Shown: positions 26,541 through 38,868 of the stretch, piece by piece
Position numbering within the stretch: position 1 is the stretch's first letter
Layout of the letters: every line of letters starts with the position of its first letter
Assembly (NCBI RefSeq): GCF_006345805.1
Contig: NC_043012.1
Location: 11,594,001-11,658,000, forward strand
DNA length: 64,000 nt
Direction of reading: 5' to 3'
Source: Octopus sinensis
Lineage: Eukaryota
Notes under the pieces: generated by a model
What the model was told of the DNA's origin: nothing
Database searches by the model: none
What the model saw: only the letters and a program-made list of their open reading frames with translations
Position numbers and translations under genes: made by a program

Positions 26541-26943
26541 GTTATTAATTTATCCCAGAAAAGTTTTTGCAAAAAATGTTACAGGTGTTCAAAGTTTGAT
26601 AGTTTTCAGAATTTTGAGCCAATCAGAAAACAGCGCGTTCGCTGCCTTTTCCATCATCGGAGGAGGAGGAGGGGGGGGGATATCGGTATGTCGAAACATT
26701 GCTAGAAATAAAACTTATGCTATCAAAATTATAATATCAATTAAAGGTAAGTAAGCACATTACACTAAATATGTAATTGCTTAGGAAAACAGGCCGGTAG
26801 ACAGACAGGCGGACAGACGAGCAGACGAGCAGATAGACAGACGTACGTCTTGTTTATTGACATTTACTCGAAAGCAGTCACTGTTAGCTGTGTTTGTTTA
26901 GCTGGCAACACTGCTACTGCTACTGCTGCTACTACTACTACTA

Positions 26944-26986
<43 letters not shown>

Positions 26987-27075
26987 GGATTACAAAAGTT
27001 TTTCGAAACAGAATTGGAAATCCACTTCGGCCTTGGCGACAGAGGCAGCAGCAGCACCAACAGTAGTAGTAGTAG

Positions 27076-27121
<46 letters not shown>

Positions 27122-27566
27122 GGTGGTGGTGGTGGTGGTGGTGGTCGATGTCGTGATGACAGCGGTGGCGGCAGTGAGGCAATGGTGGCTGTAACTTTAT
27201 ACAGATATCAATATCAGCAAAATAACGTCATTTCAATAATGTTTATATATTTACCTCCCTTTTTACATAAGTCAATCAAAGTAACCTCCCTTGCATCATG
27301 TCTTGCACATTTTAGCTTGCTTTTTTCTGCATTACTTTTTTTTTTGAGTGGGTGTACGAGATAGATTTGTTTCTTTATTAGCCACACAGGGCTGCACACA
27401 GACAGGACAAATTACAAGGTAGAGCTTTTCTTTTGGGGGTAAAAAAAAATGGGTTTGGTTTTCGATCATAAAGGATCGTAAAAGGAAAGAAAGAGGACAA
27501 AAAAGGGGAGAGGGTAAAATTTAAAAAAAAAAAGGAAAGGAAAAAAAGGGGAAAGAAAAAATTGAG

Positions 27567-27601
<35 letters not shown>

Positions 27602-27617
27602 AGATAGATAGATAGAT

Positions 27618-27659
<42 letters not shown>

Positions 27660-29453
27660 AGATAGATAGATAGATAGATAAAGAGAAGACAATCTTTACT
27701 GGTTTCTTGATCAGGAAAATAAAGTTTAATCGGCGAGGTGAAATGCCAACACAAAAAATAGTGAATTAAGTGCTTATTATTTGCATTTATTTGCTTGTTT
27801 TAAGTTTCTCATGATGTAGTTGAATGTTCCAGATACCTTCCAAATCACACCTGGCTGTCTTAAAAATCAGGCGTGGACACCTTTGATCAAGGAGGATATA
27901 TAATGAGCGCCAATGAGGGGCAAAGCAACCACCACAACATCAATAACTCAGCCGACTGACATACAGGTTATTCAATGCTTCAACCGTAGAATACGATTCA
28001 ATGACGGTGTCCAGATTTGAACTGTTGTCACCTAAAAGAACCTCCTAAAAACTCCTTCTGATTCAGTAATCTGTAATTGTTTTTGCACAGTATTAAGATT
28101 ATCAAATCACTGAATCCACTTATATATTATCTTCAACGCCGGAACACAAAATCTGTGAATCACACCTTATAATACAGTTGACGCCTCACGTGTCTTATTG
28201 AGCTGTTTCCCTCGGATAACTACAACAAACAACAAATCTAATTGGCTTAGATTTAAAGTTATTTGTGCATCACTACAATATGGCTGATGAATAAACAACT
28301 ATACCGAGTTACAACCATACAGGTTAGCCTCGTACTAATGTTAGGCAGACCTTTACTGTTGTTTGGGCTAACGATTGAACTGTTCGCTTTCATTGATAAA
28401 TATTCGCTCCCTTTATGTTTTGGTATCTTAATAAAGTGAATGAATCCTAACGAATTGCTAAATGGCAATAAAACAGTTCAGTTTAATCTCTATTTCAAGC
28501 CTTCAAAACGACCATCGAGCTTCGAATTTCACCACGAAATTAAAAAAATTATGGTTGCGAATCGTTATTTTCACTGGTCATTCTTCACTATAAATGTAGC
28601 AAAACAGTTCAGTCTAGAACTGACGAACGTTTCGTTATATTTCCGAGCCGAGTTCAATTCTCCTGAACGTAGGTCAGGTAACTGAGTAAAGCACCGTTCG
28701 TTTTTTTTTTTTCAATCTTGAATCATTACGCGAACACTCGGCCTGCACCAGTGCTCCAGTTATAGAAGAGATGCTACAAAATCAATGTTACTGTTATACG
28801 AAGTTTAAGTCCTGGAGTGTCTCTAGTCAAGAAGTTCATTTTGCAACGGCGAATATTTAGTTTGACCGCACAGCCAGTACCTTGGACAAGCATCTCTTAG
28901 CATAGCTTCTTCCAAATCTTATGTTCAAGTTGATAAATTTAATTTGTCCTCTGCTTCAGCACCTTCATTTAGCCCTTGGCCACCTTTAGCAGAATCTATC
29001 ATCCCTTCCTCCCATCAGCCCCAGGGTTGTGAGAGCTGTTCTTCTTCCTCTGGCTTACCCATAAAATAATGCTTCTGTTAGCGGGAGTTGTTTGGGTGCT
29101 TATCTACAGACCGACAGAATCACATCTTTTTGCTACTTTGCCCTAAATGAAGTAGATATCCTAATGCAGTAGATATACGATCAATCATTCCAACCATGAC
29201 GCCCTTTTCTTTTTAGAGGCATATAAGACTGCGTTATCACATACGCGCGTTCCTTACTTAAAACACTAGGGAATAATTTTGAGGTAGGTTTGGCTACCAT
29301 CTCTTGCTAATCAAACAACCATGTAGAGCTTCTTTTCGTTATATCTCTGGTTACCTCCTCACCCAATATCCTAACCATGAGAGTAAAATTCATTCTTCAA
29401 CGTACCTTAAATCTCAAAAACAGTGTATTTACGTGCCATGGTAATATGCTACT

Positions 29454-29844
29454 GTGGAGGCGCAATGGCCCAGTGGTTAGGGCAGCGGACTCGCGGTCAT
29501 AGGATCGCGGTTTCGATTCCCAGACCGGGCGTTGTGAGTGTTTATTGATCGAAAACATCTAAAAGCTCCACGAGGCTCCGGCAGGGGAGGGTGGTGATCC
29601 CTGCTGTACTCTTTCACCACAACTTTCTCTCACTCTTACTTCCTGTTTCTGTTGTACCTGTATTTCAAAGGGCCGGCCTTGTCACTCTCTGTGTCACGCT
29701 GAATATCCCCGAGAACTACGTTAAGAGAGCACGTGTCTGTGGAGTGCTCAGCCACTTACACGTTAATTTCACGAGCAGGCTGTTCCGTTGATTCGGATCA
29801 ACCGGAACCCTCATCGTCGTAACCGACGGAGTGCTTCCTTTCCT
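29454..29844 (+). mobile_element. SINE type C with 12-bp TSD
   Basis: TAATATGCTACT at 29442-29453 and 29845-29856. Confidence 0.9.
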
Positions 29845-29977
29845 TAATATGCTACTATTGTAGAATATGCAACTTCGTTAATATTCGTTTATTTATCAGG
29901 TTGTGAGTCTATTTCTCTGCCTTCATCTTTGTTTGCAGTCGATACTTGATTTTATTTTGTTTGGTTTTAAATTTTAG

Positions 29978-30175
29978 GTGGAATATGTTGGTTACATCGA
30001 ATTCGTGATGTATGTACGATAACTTACGAAATGAATATGACGAAGGATGAATGCTGTCAGCTCCAGCTGGCCTACAACCCTTTCACCTACTGGACACCCG
30101 AGAACCTCGCCTTCAGCGATATTGTACGCTACCATGCGCTTCATGGTGGGATATCAAACTGCAATAGTTGCCGCA
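29978..30175 (+). CDS. FST: Follistatin exon 2, N-terminal (TB-like) domain
   Basis: tttag| acceptor and |gtaag donor, 198 nt, phase 1-1. Reads GICWLHRIRDVCTITYEMNMTKDECCQLQLAYNPFTYWTPENLAFSDIVRYHALHGGISNCNSCR, matching the follistatin N-domain pattern (GxCWL..C..CC..W..GG..NC..C). Confidence 0.93.
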
Positions 30176-30344
30176 GTAAGTAACATTCCGTTTCGCTTCT
30201 TCATTTAGCTTTGTTAACATTTTTTAAACATTTACATAAATTTAACAATTGTATAGGCTAAATAGATCAATTAATCTATAACAAGCTGGGTGGGGGACAA
30301 ACATAGACACACAAACATATACACACACGTACATATACACATAT

Positions 30345-30597
30345 ATATGACGTGTGTCTTTCAGTTTCCGTCTACCAAATGAAGTGTTTTACTCAAGAAC
30401 ACAATATGCTGCTCGGTTCGGGAATCAAAGTGGAGGCGCAATGGCTCAGTGGTTATGGCAGCGGACTCGCGGTCGGAGGATCGCGATTTCGATTCCCAGA
30501 CCGGGCGTTGTGTGTGTTTATTGAGCGAAAACACCTAAAGCTCCACGAGGCTCCGGCAGGGGATGGTGGTGATCCCTGCTGTACTCTTTCACCACAA

Positions 30598-30628
<31 letters not shown>

Positions 30629-31250
30629 TTCCTGTTTCTGTTGTACCTGTATTTCAAAGGGCCGGCCTTGTCACTCTCTGTGTCCCTCTGAATATACCCG
30701 AGAACTACGTTAAGGGTACACGTGTCTGTGGAGTGCTCAGCCACTTACACGTTAATTTCACGAGCAGGCTGTTCCGTTGATCGGATCAACCGGAACCCTC
30801 GTCATCGGAACCGACGGAGTGCTTCCATATATGACGTGCGTCTTTCAGTTTCCGTCTACCAAATGAAGTGTTTTACTCAAGAACACAATATGCTGCTCGA
30901 TTCGGGAATCAAAGTGGAGGCGCAAGGCTCAGTGGTTATGGCAGCGGACTCGCGGTCGGAGGATTGCGATTTCGATTACCAGACCGGGCGTTGTGAGTGT
31001 TTATTGAGCGAAAACACCTAAAAGCTCCACGAGGCTCCGGCAGGGGATGGTTGGCGGACCCCCCCCCCCGCTGTACTCTTTCGCCACAACTTTCTCTCAC
31101 TCTCTCTTCCTGTTTCTTGAGTAACGCTGCAATAGACTGGCGTCCCGTCCAGCTGGGGGGAAACGCATACGCCACAGAAACCAGGAAACCGGGCACATGG
31201 GCCTGGCAAGGCTTGAAAAGGGCGACGTTTATCGTTTGTCGGGAATCAAA
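30345..31250 (+). mobile_element. Tandem pair of type C SINEs with duplicated 5' flank
   Basis: About 85 bp of flank plus the SINE head is repeated at about 30345 and 30829. The tails differ. Confidence 0.8.
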
Positions 31251-31520
31251 ATGATGATCTGCCGATCTGAAAAGAAAGGTGACTTAAAAACGTCAAATTT
31301 AGCTTGAGCATCCTGTATACATCAATCGAGGAACCTGAAATGAAATGGTTTTCTCAAGAATACCTACCATACGCGCTCGCTCAAGAATTGAACTCATGAT
31401 CTGGCGATCTGAAAAAATTATAAAAACTCGTCAAATTTAGCCTGAACACTCTGTATACACCTATCGAATCCCTTGATCGATTTCATGTAATTGTTATGTA
31501 ATATCTATTTTACATTTCAG

Positions 31521-31748
31521 CAAACTGTGAAAACGTTAACTGCGGAGCAAACAAGGTCTGTCGCATGCGAGGAGGGCAACCGCGCTGTATTTGCGCCCCG
31601 AATTGTACACTGCCATCCCGCTTCCAGAACTATCGTGGTAAACTATGTGGTTCTGACGGCAAAGAATATCGGAACCATTGCAGTCTACTGAAATATAACT
31701 GTCGACATAGAAAGTCCGTCAGCATTGCTTACTTGGGAGCGTGTCGCA
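31521..31748 (+). CDS. FST: Follistatin exon 3, FS module 1 (EGF-like + Kazal)
   Basis: ttcag| and |gtgag, 228 nt. Reads NCENVNCGANKVCRMRGGQPRCICAPNC...LCGSDGKEYRNHCSLLKYNCRHRKSVSIAYLGACR with 10 Cys. Confidence 0.95.
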
Positions 31749-31791
31749 GTGAGTTTTCTTTACCATCTTGTTTGGTTTTCGTTTGCAGATA

Positions 31792-31826
<35 letters not shown>

Positions 31827-32334
31827 TACACACACACACACAACACACACATATATATAGAATCTTTTCCTCTTCATGGGCAGTTCGATTAATTAATTTT
31901 CTTTAACTAAACACTTTGCATACTGTCAACATATTAAACACTACACCAACACTCTTATCCATCTAATTACTGCATTGTATCTTTCAGGTTTTCTGTATCG
32001 CTTTTCTTGAGTTATCTCTTTCATTGCCCCCGAACTTTTTGTAATCATACAACATCCACAGAAAAGCTTGACACCACAGACCTAATCTGCATGGGTTCCT
32101 TGAAAGAAGATCTTCAGATCGTCTTCCAGGAAGACCATGCCAACCTTATCTCTTAACATCAAAAAGTAACTCACGAACTACTCATAACAAGAAAACATTA
32201 CTACACTTCCCATCAGACATGAGTGGCTCTCTTCTCTCTCTTTCTTTTTCAATCACTCATGCGCAGACATACACACACAAAGCGACACACAGACACACTC
32301 AACTTTCATAACACACACACACACATACACACAC

Positions 32335-32366
<32 letters not shown>

Positions 32367-32424
32367 CACGCGCGCCGAGGCAGACAGCCCGACAGACAGA
32401 TAAATAAATAAATAGATAGAAAGA

Positions 32425-32461
<37 letters not shown>

Positions 32462-32517
32462 GGATGGACGGACGGACAGATAGATAGATAGATAGATTGA
32501 CAGACAGACAGACAGAC

Positions 32518-32555
<38 letters not shown>

Positions 32556-33089
32556 ACAGACTGACAGAGATGTGTGGGTGCGTCTTCGTGTGAATTTATG
32601 TCTTGGTATATACAAATATATAAAAGCCATATATATTTGGAGCACTGTCATCATTAATTCCACATTTAAATGTAATATCTGCGTCGTATGTTAGTAAAAA
32701 CTTTCGAAACCACGGATGACAAAATAATTGTTTCTTCGTTTTTTCCTTTTATTGTATCGCATTTAATTGTGTTTATAAAATATTCAAATTTTATGTTATG
32801 TTGGAACACTATCATTATTAAAGCTTTTCCATAATAAGATGCATTGTGTTGGTGGTACTATTCTATTATATTCGCCGACTGTACAATAATAAAAGCGTCA
32901 AATCGGTTACTAACTTCAATAAACTGTACTCCTACACGCAGATACGTGGTGATACAATTACCAACGCATTTTCTTGACTGTAAAAGTCGACATTAATGAT
33001 AACCAAAAGTTCATCCTCAATCCAACTATTTTATTTCACATTCTTTATTAATGCATTGTGATTATTTATCTTTTTGCTTGCTGAGTGAA

Positions 33090-34200
33090 AAGGGAAGCGC
33101 AGTGTTCGAGACCTTTGCTGGACTTCCAGAACCAGTGAGGTTGACGCCATCTTTGATCCGTTTAAACTGTTGCACGTTGACATCTTCAAGAAAGACACAA
33201 GCCGGGAGAAAATTCCAGAGGGCCAAAGTTATGGGGAGGAAAGACTGAGTATTATAGTTAACAGTGGGGTGCAACAGGTGTGAAGAGAGGGCCGTGGGTC
33301 CCAAAATGATGGAGGTACAAGATCTGCCAACTCCAAAGAACAGAGGCTGTAAAAGTGGTGATAGAAAATACAGAGAAGAGACAGTATAGCTGTATACCAG
33401 GGGCTATAATGTGTCCGTTTTAGTGTTTGAATGCTCGTGACACAAGTGGATCTTCTCTAAATGCGGTCCAAATGTCTGTGAGCGTAACAGCAGCACTATC
33501 CCAGGTGTAGGAGTAGTACTCCGTTGTGCCTCTCACTTAAACCTTGCAGAACGTCAATAGTTGCTGGGGATGGAAATATTTTCTTGCCCCGAAGTTTTGG
33601 AGATGCGATTCTAGTTATGATAAGGACGTGACCAGTATTTGGAGCGACAGTGATGGCTCTAACTGAGAGCCACTCATGTTTGATGGGAAGTGTAGAAATG
33701 TTTTCATGATATGAGTAGTTCGTGAGTTACTTTTTGATGTTAAAAGAGATAAGGTTGGCATGGTCTTCCTGGAAGACGACCTGAAGATCTTCTTTCAAGG
33801 AACCCATGCAGATTAAGTGTGTGGTGTCAAGGTTCTCTGTGGATGTTGTGTGAATACAAAAAGTTCGGGGACAATGAAAGACCATCAGATAAGTCATTGT
33901 TTTATAAAACCAAGAAAGTGGGGGACAAAAGCTATCTTTGAGAAACTATCAAATTGATAGAGAGTGGGTCAGAAAGGGCTTCGTCAATGAATGTGATAGC
34001 ACTATATGATAGGGATCTGTAAGATTCTATATGATCTAATTTTTTCCCTAGTTACTGACTGAATAATTATAATTCCGGACTGCTCACCTTAGTTTTGTTG
34101 TTAATCATAGAAAATTTCCTCGGTCATTGCCCTTGCATAGTAATGTGGGGCTAGAGTCCTTGCAACTAATTTGATCACGGTACAGTTTCGATGTCTGATT
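33090..34200 (-). mobile_element. Decayed LINE RT fragment (CR1/L2/Jockey-like)
   Basis: Remnants EYYSYTWDSAA and SFLPITLALWNFLPACVF..NVQQFKR. Confidence 0.6.
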
Positions 34201-34305
34201 GAGCAAATTCTTTTGGCTCGCTCCTTTTGCATTTCTCTGTCATTGAAGCAGTTAATTACATAACTATATCAGTATAGCTTCGGTAATATAACTGTCTCAT
34301 TCCAA

Positions 34306-34893
34306 AAGGCGGCGAGCTGGCAGAATCGTTAGCACGCCGGGCGAAATGCGTAGCCGTATTTCATCTGCCGCTACGTTGTGAGTTCAAATTCCGCCGAGGT
34401 CGATTTTGCCTTTCATCCTTTCGGAGTCGATTAAATAAGTACCAGTTACGCACTGGGGTCGATGCAATCGACTTAATCCGTTTGTCTGTCCTTATTTGTC
34501 CTCTCTGTGTTTAGCCCCTTGTGGTGAGTAAAGAAATAGAAATAGGCATTTCGTCTGCCGCTACGTTCTGAGTTCAAATTCCGCCGAGGTCAACTTTGCC
34601 TTTCATCCTTTTGGGGTCGATTAAATAAGTACCAGTTACGCACTGGGGTCGATATAATTGACTTAATCCGTTTGTCTGTCTTTGTTTGTCCTCTCTGTGT
34701 TTAGCCCCTTGTGGGTAGTAAAGAAATAGGTATTTCGTCTGCCGCTACGTTCTGAGTTCAAATTCCGCCGAGGTCGACTTTGCCTTTCATCCTTTCGGGG
34801 TCGATAAATTAAGTATCAGTTGCGTACTGGAGTCGATATAATCGACTGGCCCCCTCCCCCAAAATTTCGGGCCTTGTGCCTAGAGTAGAAAAG
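34306..34893 (+). mobile_element. SINE type B, tandem trimer (Meta-SINE-like core)
   Basis: aaggcggcgagctggcaga head; the core gcctttcatcctttcggggtcgataaattaagtaccag occurs three times. Confidence 0.85.
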
Positions 34894-34955
34894 AATATAA
34901 CAGTCACGTTCTAATCCATTTTCATTATTGTTTATTTATTTATTTTCTGTTTTAG

Positions 34956-35180
34956 ATTCATGCCAAGGTGTCAGCTGCTACAGCACCAGAAAGCGGTGTA
35001 TCGAGGATCGCACGACATTACCTCACTGTGTCTATTGTAACCAACGCTGCAGTCCAAACCAAATACGACGTTATCTCTGCGACGAAAACGGCAATACGCA
35101 CAACAGCTTCTGTCATCTCATATCAACAGCTTGCCAACAAGGACGCAGTATCAGATTAGCATACCATGGACGGTGTCGAG
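34956..35180 (+). CDS. FST: Follistatin exon 4, FS module 2
   Basis: tttag| and |gtaac, 225 nt. Reads SCQGVSCYSTRKRCIEDRTTLPHCVYCNQRCSPNQIRRYLCDENGNTHNSFCHLISTACQQGRSIRLAYHGRCR with 10 Cys. Confidence 0.95.
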
Positions 35181-35436
35181 GTAACAGGTTTACATTTTTT
35201 CTCAGTTTCTTTCTTTTATTTTTTTTTTCAGTATATTGATGAATCTACAATACTATCTAAAAAAAATAAATAAAATGCTTTCTAATCAATACTTAAACCA
35301 GATGTGAAGACGAATCCAATAAGTCAACTGGTAACAGTTTAAATTTCCATTACCCTATTTATAGCTATTTCTCGTTTCATTAATCAGTTAAAAAATGTTT
35401 TCCTGCCTTTTGAAGTTTACTTTACACAACTCAGTA

Positions 35437-35854
35437 CCTATTTCTTTACTACCCACAAGAGGCTAAACACAGAGGGGACAAACAAGAACAGACATAGGTA
35501 TTAAGTCGATTAGATCGACCCCAGTGCGTAACTGGTACTTAATTTATCGACCCTGAAAGGATGAAAGGCAAAGTCGACCTCGGCGAAATTTGAACTCAGA
35601 ACGTAACGGCAGACGAAATACCTATTTCTTTACTACCCACAGGGGGCTAAACATAGAGGGGACAAACAAGGCCAGACATAGGTATTAAGTCGATTAAATC
35701 GACCACAGTGCGTAACTGGTACTTAATTTATCGACCCTGAAAAGATGAAAGACAAAGTCGACCTCGGCGGAATTTGAACTCAGAACGTAACGGCAGACGA
35801 AATACCGCTAAGCATTTCGCCCGGCGTGCTAACGTTTCTGCCAGCTCGCCGCCC
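35437..35854 (-). mobile_element. SINE type B dimer
   Basis: Reverse complement of the type B unit twice; TSD ttacacaactYagta. Confidence 0.85.
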
Positions 35855-36166
35855 TTACACAACTTAGTATCTTTCGATAACATCGACACTGAATAAAACA
35901 ACATTTCCCCTTTTAACAAAGATCCCATGTTTTGAAAGAGAAATGATTTGATTGTTACACCTTTCCCAAAGGCATTAAGGATGTAACTAAAGTTAAATTA
36001 ATCGAACGTCTTGTTTGAAACCGTATTGCTGACTCGGCTTGCTGAGAGCTTATTTCTTGTTATACAATACACGACACTTTACTCTCCTCCATAGTTGTCC
36101 TTGACAGAGCTTAGACTCAGAACGTGGATGTTCAAAATTAAATCTTGTAAATAATTTAATTCATTT

Positions 36167-36555
36167 AAGGCGGCGAGCTGGCAGAAACGTTAGCACGCCG
36201 GGCGAAATTCGTAGCCGTATTTCGTCTGCCGCTACGTTCTGAGTTCAAATTCCGCCGAGGTCGACTTTGCCTTTCATCCTTTCGGGGTCGATAAATTAAG
36301 TACCAGTTACGCACTGGGGTCGATGTAATTGACTTAATCCGTTTGTCTGTCCTCGTTTGTCTTCTCTGTGTTTAGCCCCTTGTGGGTAATAAAGAAATAG
36401 GTATTTCGTCTGTCTTTACGTTCTGAGTTCAAATTTCGCCGAGATCAACTTTGCCTTTCATCCTTTCGGCGTCGATAAATTAAATACTGGGGTCGATCTA
36501 ATCGACTGGCCACCTCCCCGCCAAAATTTCGGGCCTTGTGCCTAGAGTAGAAAAG
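36167..36555 (+). mobile_element. SINE type B dimer
   Basis: TSD aataatttaattcatt on both sides. Confidence 0.85.
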
Positions 36556-36716
36556 AATAATTTAATTCATTAGCCTATTAATTCTGCGACTATGCAGGCA
36601 TATTAAGTAACAACAATCGCATTTCTCTTTTATAGTTCTGATGAATTATTAGCAAAGAAATCAATGATTTATTGCCGTATGTTTTTGTCTTATTTCAAAC
36701 TTTATCTCATTTATAG

Positions 36717-36944
36717 AAAATGCCAATTGTAGTAACATTGTTTGTCCGTCTGGCAAGACGTGTCTAACCGATCCAAGAAATGGCCGCCCTGTGTGCTACG
36801 CTTGCAACCGCCATTGTGAGCATGTGCCAAGTGTTAGAGTGTGTGGCACAAACAACCGCACTTATGAGAACTACTGCGATCTCAGCGCCAGTGCTTGCAA
36901 ACAGGGAATTTATATTAAAGCTGTACATGCAGGGAGCTGCAAAT
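36717..36944 (+). CDS. FST: Follistatin exon 5, FS module 3
   Basis: tatag| and |gtaagt, 228 nt. Reads NANCSNIVCPSGKTCLTDPRNGRPVCYACNRHCEHVPSVRVCGTNNRTYENYCDLSASACKQGIYIKAVHAGSCK with 10 Cys. Confidence 0.95.
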
Positions 36945-37399
36945 GTAAGTTGTATTTTTTTTTTCGGAACATTACTTTTTGTTATTATTCTTTCCTTTTA
37001 TTTCTTGAAACACAAGTTGACAATATGTGGAAATGAGACAAGAGGTGTTTAGGAGATAAAAAAAGTTGTTTAATGAACCCGAATGTGGTAATCCAGTAAT
37101 AATGTTGTGTCATTCTTCAGTATCCTACTAAGTTGAAAACAACTCTGAAAATTAATGATAACTAGCTTAAAAACCGTGCCCCGTACGGACTTTTAAGCTA
37201 GCTCCTACGAAGGGCTAATTGCGCCTGTGGCTCAAACTAAGGGAGCAATAATAAAGCATTTATTGGTACCCTACTAATATGGTATTATTCTAAATTCAGT
37301 TTAAATGAAAAATTTGTAAATTCACAAATGCTTGGAGTTCCCTTAAAATTTGAATTTTCAACTGTTAGCGCATAACAAATCCTCATCCAAACCTGATCC

Positions 37400-38180
37400 T
37401 AATGCAAGATGTTCAAGAACTAAATGAAGGGCAGATTCCAGGGTCATCCTGATTCCCAAAAGGTATAAAATATGTCTATGTAGAGTAAACTGTAGACTGA
37501 GATACAGGAGTTCCAGACGGACGGAGAGACAAAATTTCGCGTTTATCATTATAGAAATAATAAAAATATCGCAAAACACCACAAATTAACAATTGTCAGT
37601 GAGCGAGTAGATCGTCTCCAATCATATATTTCAGAAAGAATATTGCAATTCTTTTCATTTTGATATTAAACCCATTATCATTCCTACTAAAAAAAAATCA
37701 AATGGCTAGAAATGGCTAGGGTCTGCAACAGCTAGAAATCTTAATGGAACCCATTATTTTTGTGTGTTCGACCTGAAGAGTTATGCTAAAAATGTTATCA
37801 ATGTCAAAAAACAGCTGGAGTTAATAACAAAATTTTCAGCTGACATAGGAATGCAATTTAGCTAAAAGAAATGCATATATTTGGTGAAAGTGGAAAATCA
37901 GTACTCCAAACCCAAATCCCTGCACCAACAGCTTCACCCTCACTCCTGTTGCACACAAAAAAATGCTTCAAATATCGAGGCATTAGGGAAAACATATACG
38001 AAGGTGCTGAAATATAGTGACCCGAGAATATTATAACAGATTTTGAAAAATATGGCAGTAGGACAATAAGACAATATCTCGCAATACGTTTGCAGAACCA
38101 GTGTTGATTCCAGCATTCGAGATTCTTGACTGATCTGAAGAGAGAATCCACTCCTTCATTATCGACGGCGTTGAACACCC
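37400..38180 (+). mobile_element. Decayed R4/Dong-like RT fragment
   Basis: Reads THYFCVFDLKSYAKN..KKQLELITKFSADIGMQF..KKC, resembling THLxFxDDLKLYA..FSxDIGMxFGxxKC. Confidence 0.6.
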
Positions 38181-38392
38181 ATAATGCATGCGCTAATACA
38201 TATGTACATACATAATGCATACATATATGTACATACATATATGCATGCATACATATTTATATACAAACGTAAATGTATGTATGTATATATATATATACAT
38301 ACATGCACACACACACGTACATACATACACACACACGTAAATACTTACAAATACTTACATACACGCATACGTACACACTATCACAGATATAT

Positions 38393-38731
38393 CACTATAT
38401 ATAAACGGCCAAATGTCTGTGCGTGTATCCTTCATACAAATCCACAATTGTTTGGTTAGAGGGCTCGCACTTTCTATGATCATTCAAAACTGCCCAAGGA
38501 TGGTCATGCACATCTTTACATTTCCCCAGTCACCCCACAAGGCCATTAAAAAATCAATAGAAGTGACTGTTTTGTGAATTTTCTATCCAAAACCCAATCA
38601 AAATACCCAAAACTTGACACGCCAATTGAATGCCAGCTAGCTGTATGTGATTGGTCGGAGATTTGGACAGTACTCGCGTGTATGTGCGCACGCACCCAGC
38701 TGTATATGCATGCACTAGCACTAGTGCTAGT
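38393..38731 (+). mobile_element. Possible non-autonomous Helitron/Helentron-like element
   Basis: Starts ctatatataaa..tgtctgtg and ends ...gtgctagt; judged on terminal structure only. Confidence 0.35.
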
Positions 38732-38797
38732 TACTAAATAAAATATTTCTTCTTTTTCTTACTTGAATACTATTTCCTTTTATTTTAATATTTCCAG

Positions 38798-38868
38798 CTT
38801 CGAACGATACACAGAGTTTGGAAAATCACAATAATTATTCATCAGCATCAACGACAGCAAATCCATAA
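38798..38868 (+). CDS. FST: Follistatin probable terminal coding exon (C-terminal tail)
   Basis: Long pyrimidine tract ending tttccag|. The phase-1 join reads SSNDTQSLENHNNYSSASTTANP-stop. Total CDS is 1026 nt (341 aa), close to vertebrate follistatin length. Confidence 0.65.

Noticed and set aside
27880-27888. TCF/LEF site CCTTTGATC (also CRE TGACGTCA at 967-974)
   Set aside because: Short motifs like these are expected by chance in 64 kb, and there is no supporting evidence.
28288-28440. Hydrophobic short ORF as the FST signal-peptide exon
   Set aside because: No convincing phase-1 donor in frame; 6485-6560 fits better.
29454-29530. tRNA genes at SINE heads
   Set aside because: The tRNA-like A/B boxes continue into SINE bodies with TSDs, so they are not stand-alone tRNAs.
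37369-37427. Alternative FST last exon (SHNKSSSKPDPNARCSRTK*)
   Set aside because: The acceptor is weak and it adjoins or overlaps a decayed LINE RT. The 38798 acceptor is much stronger.
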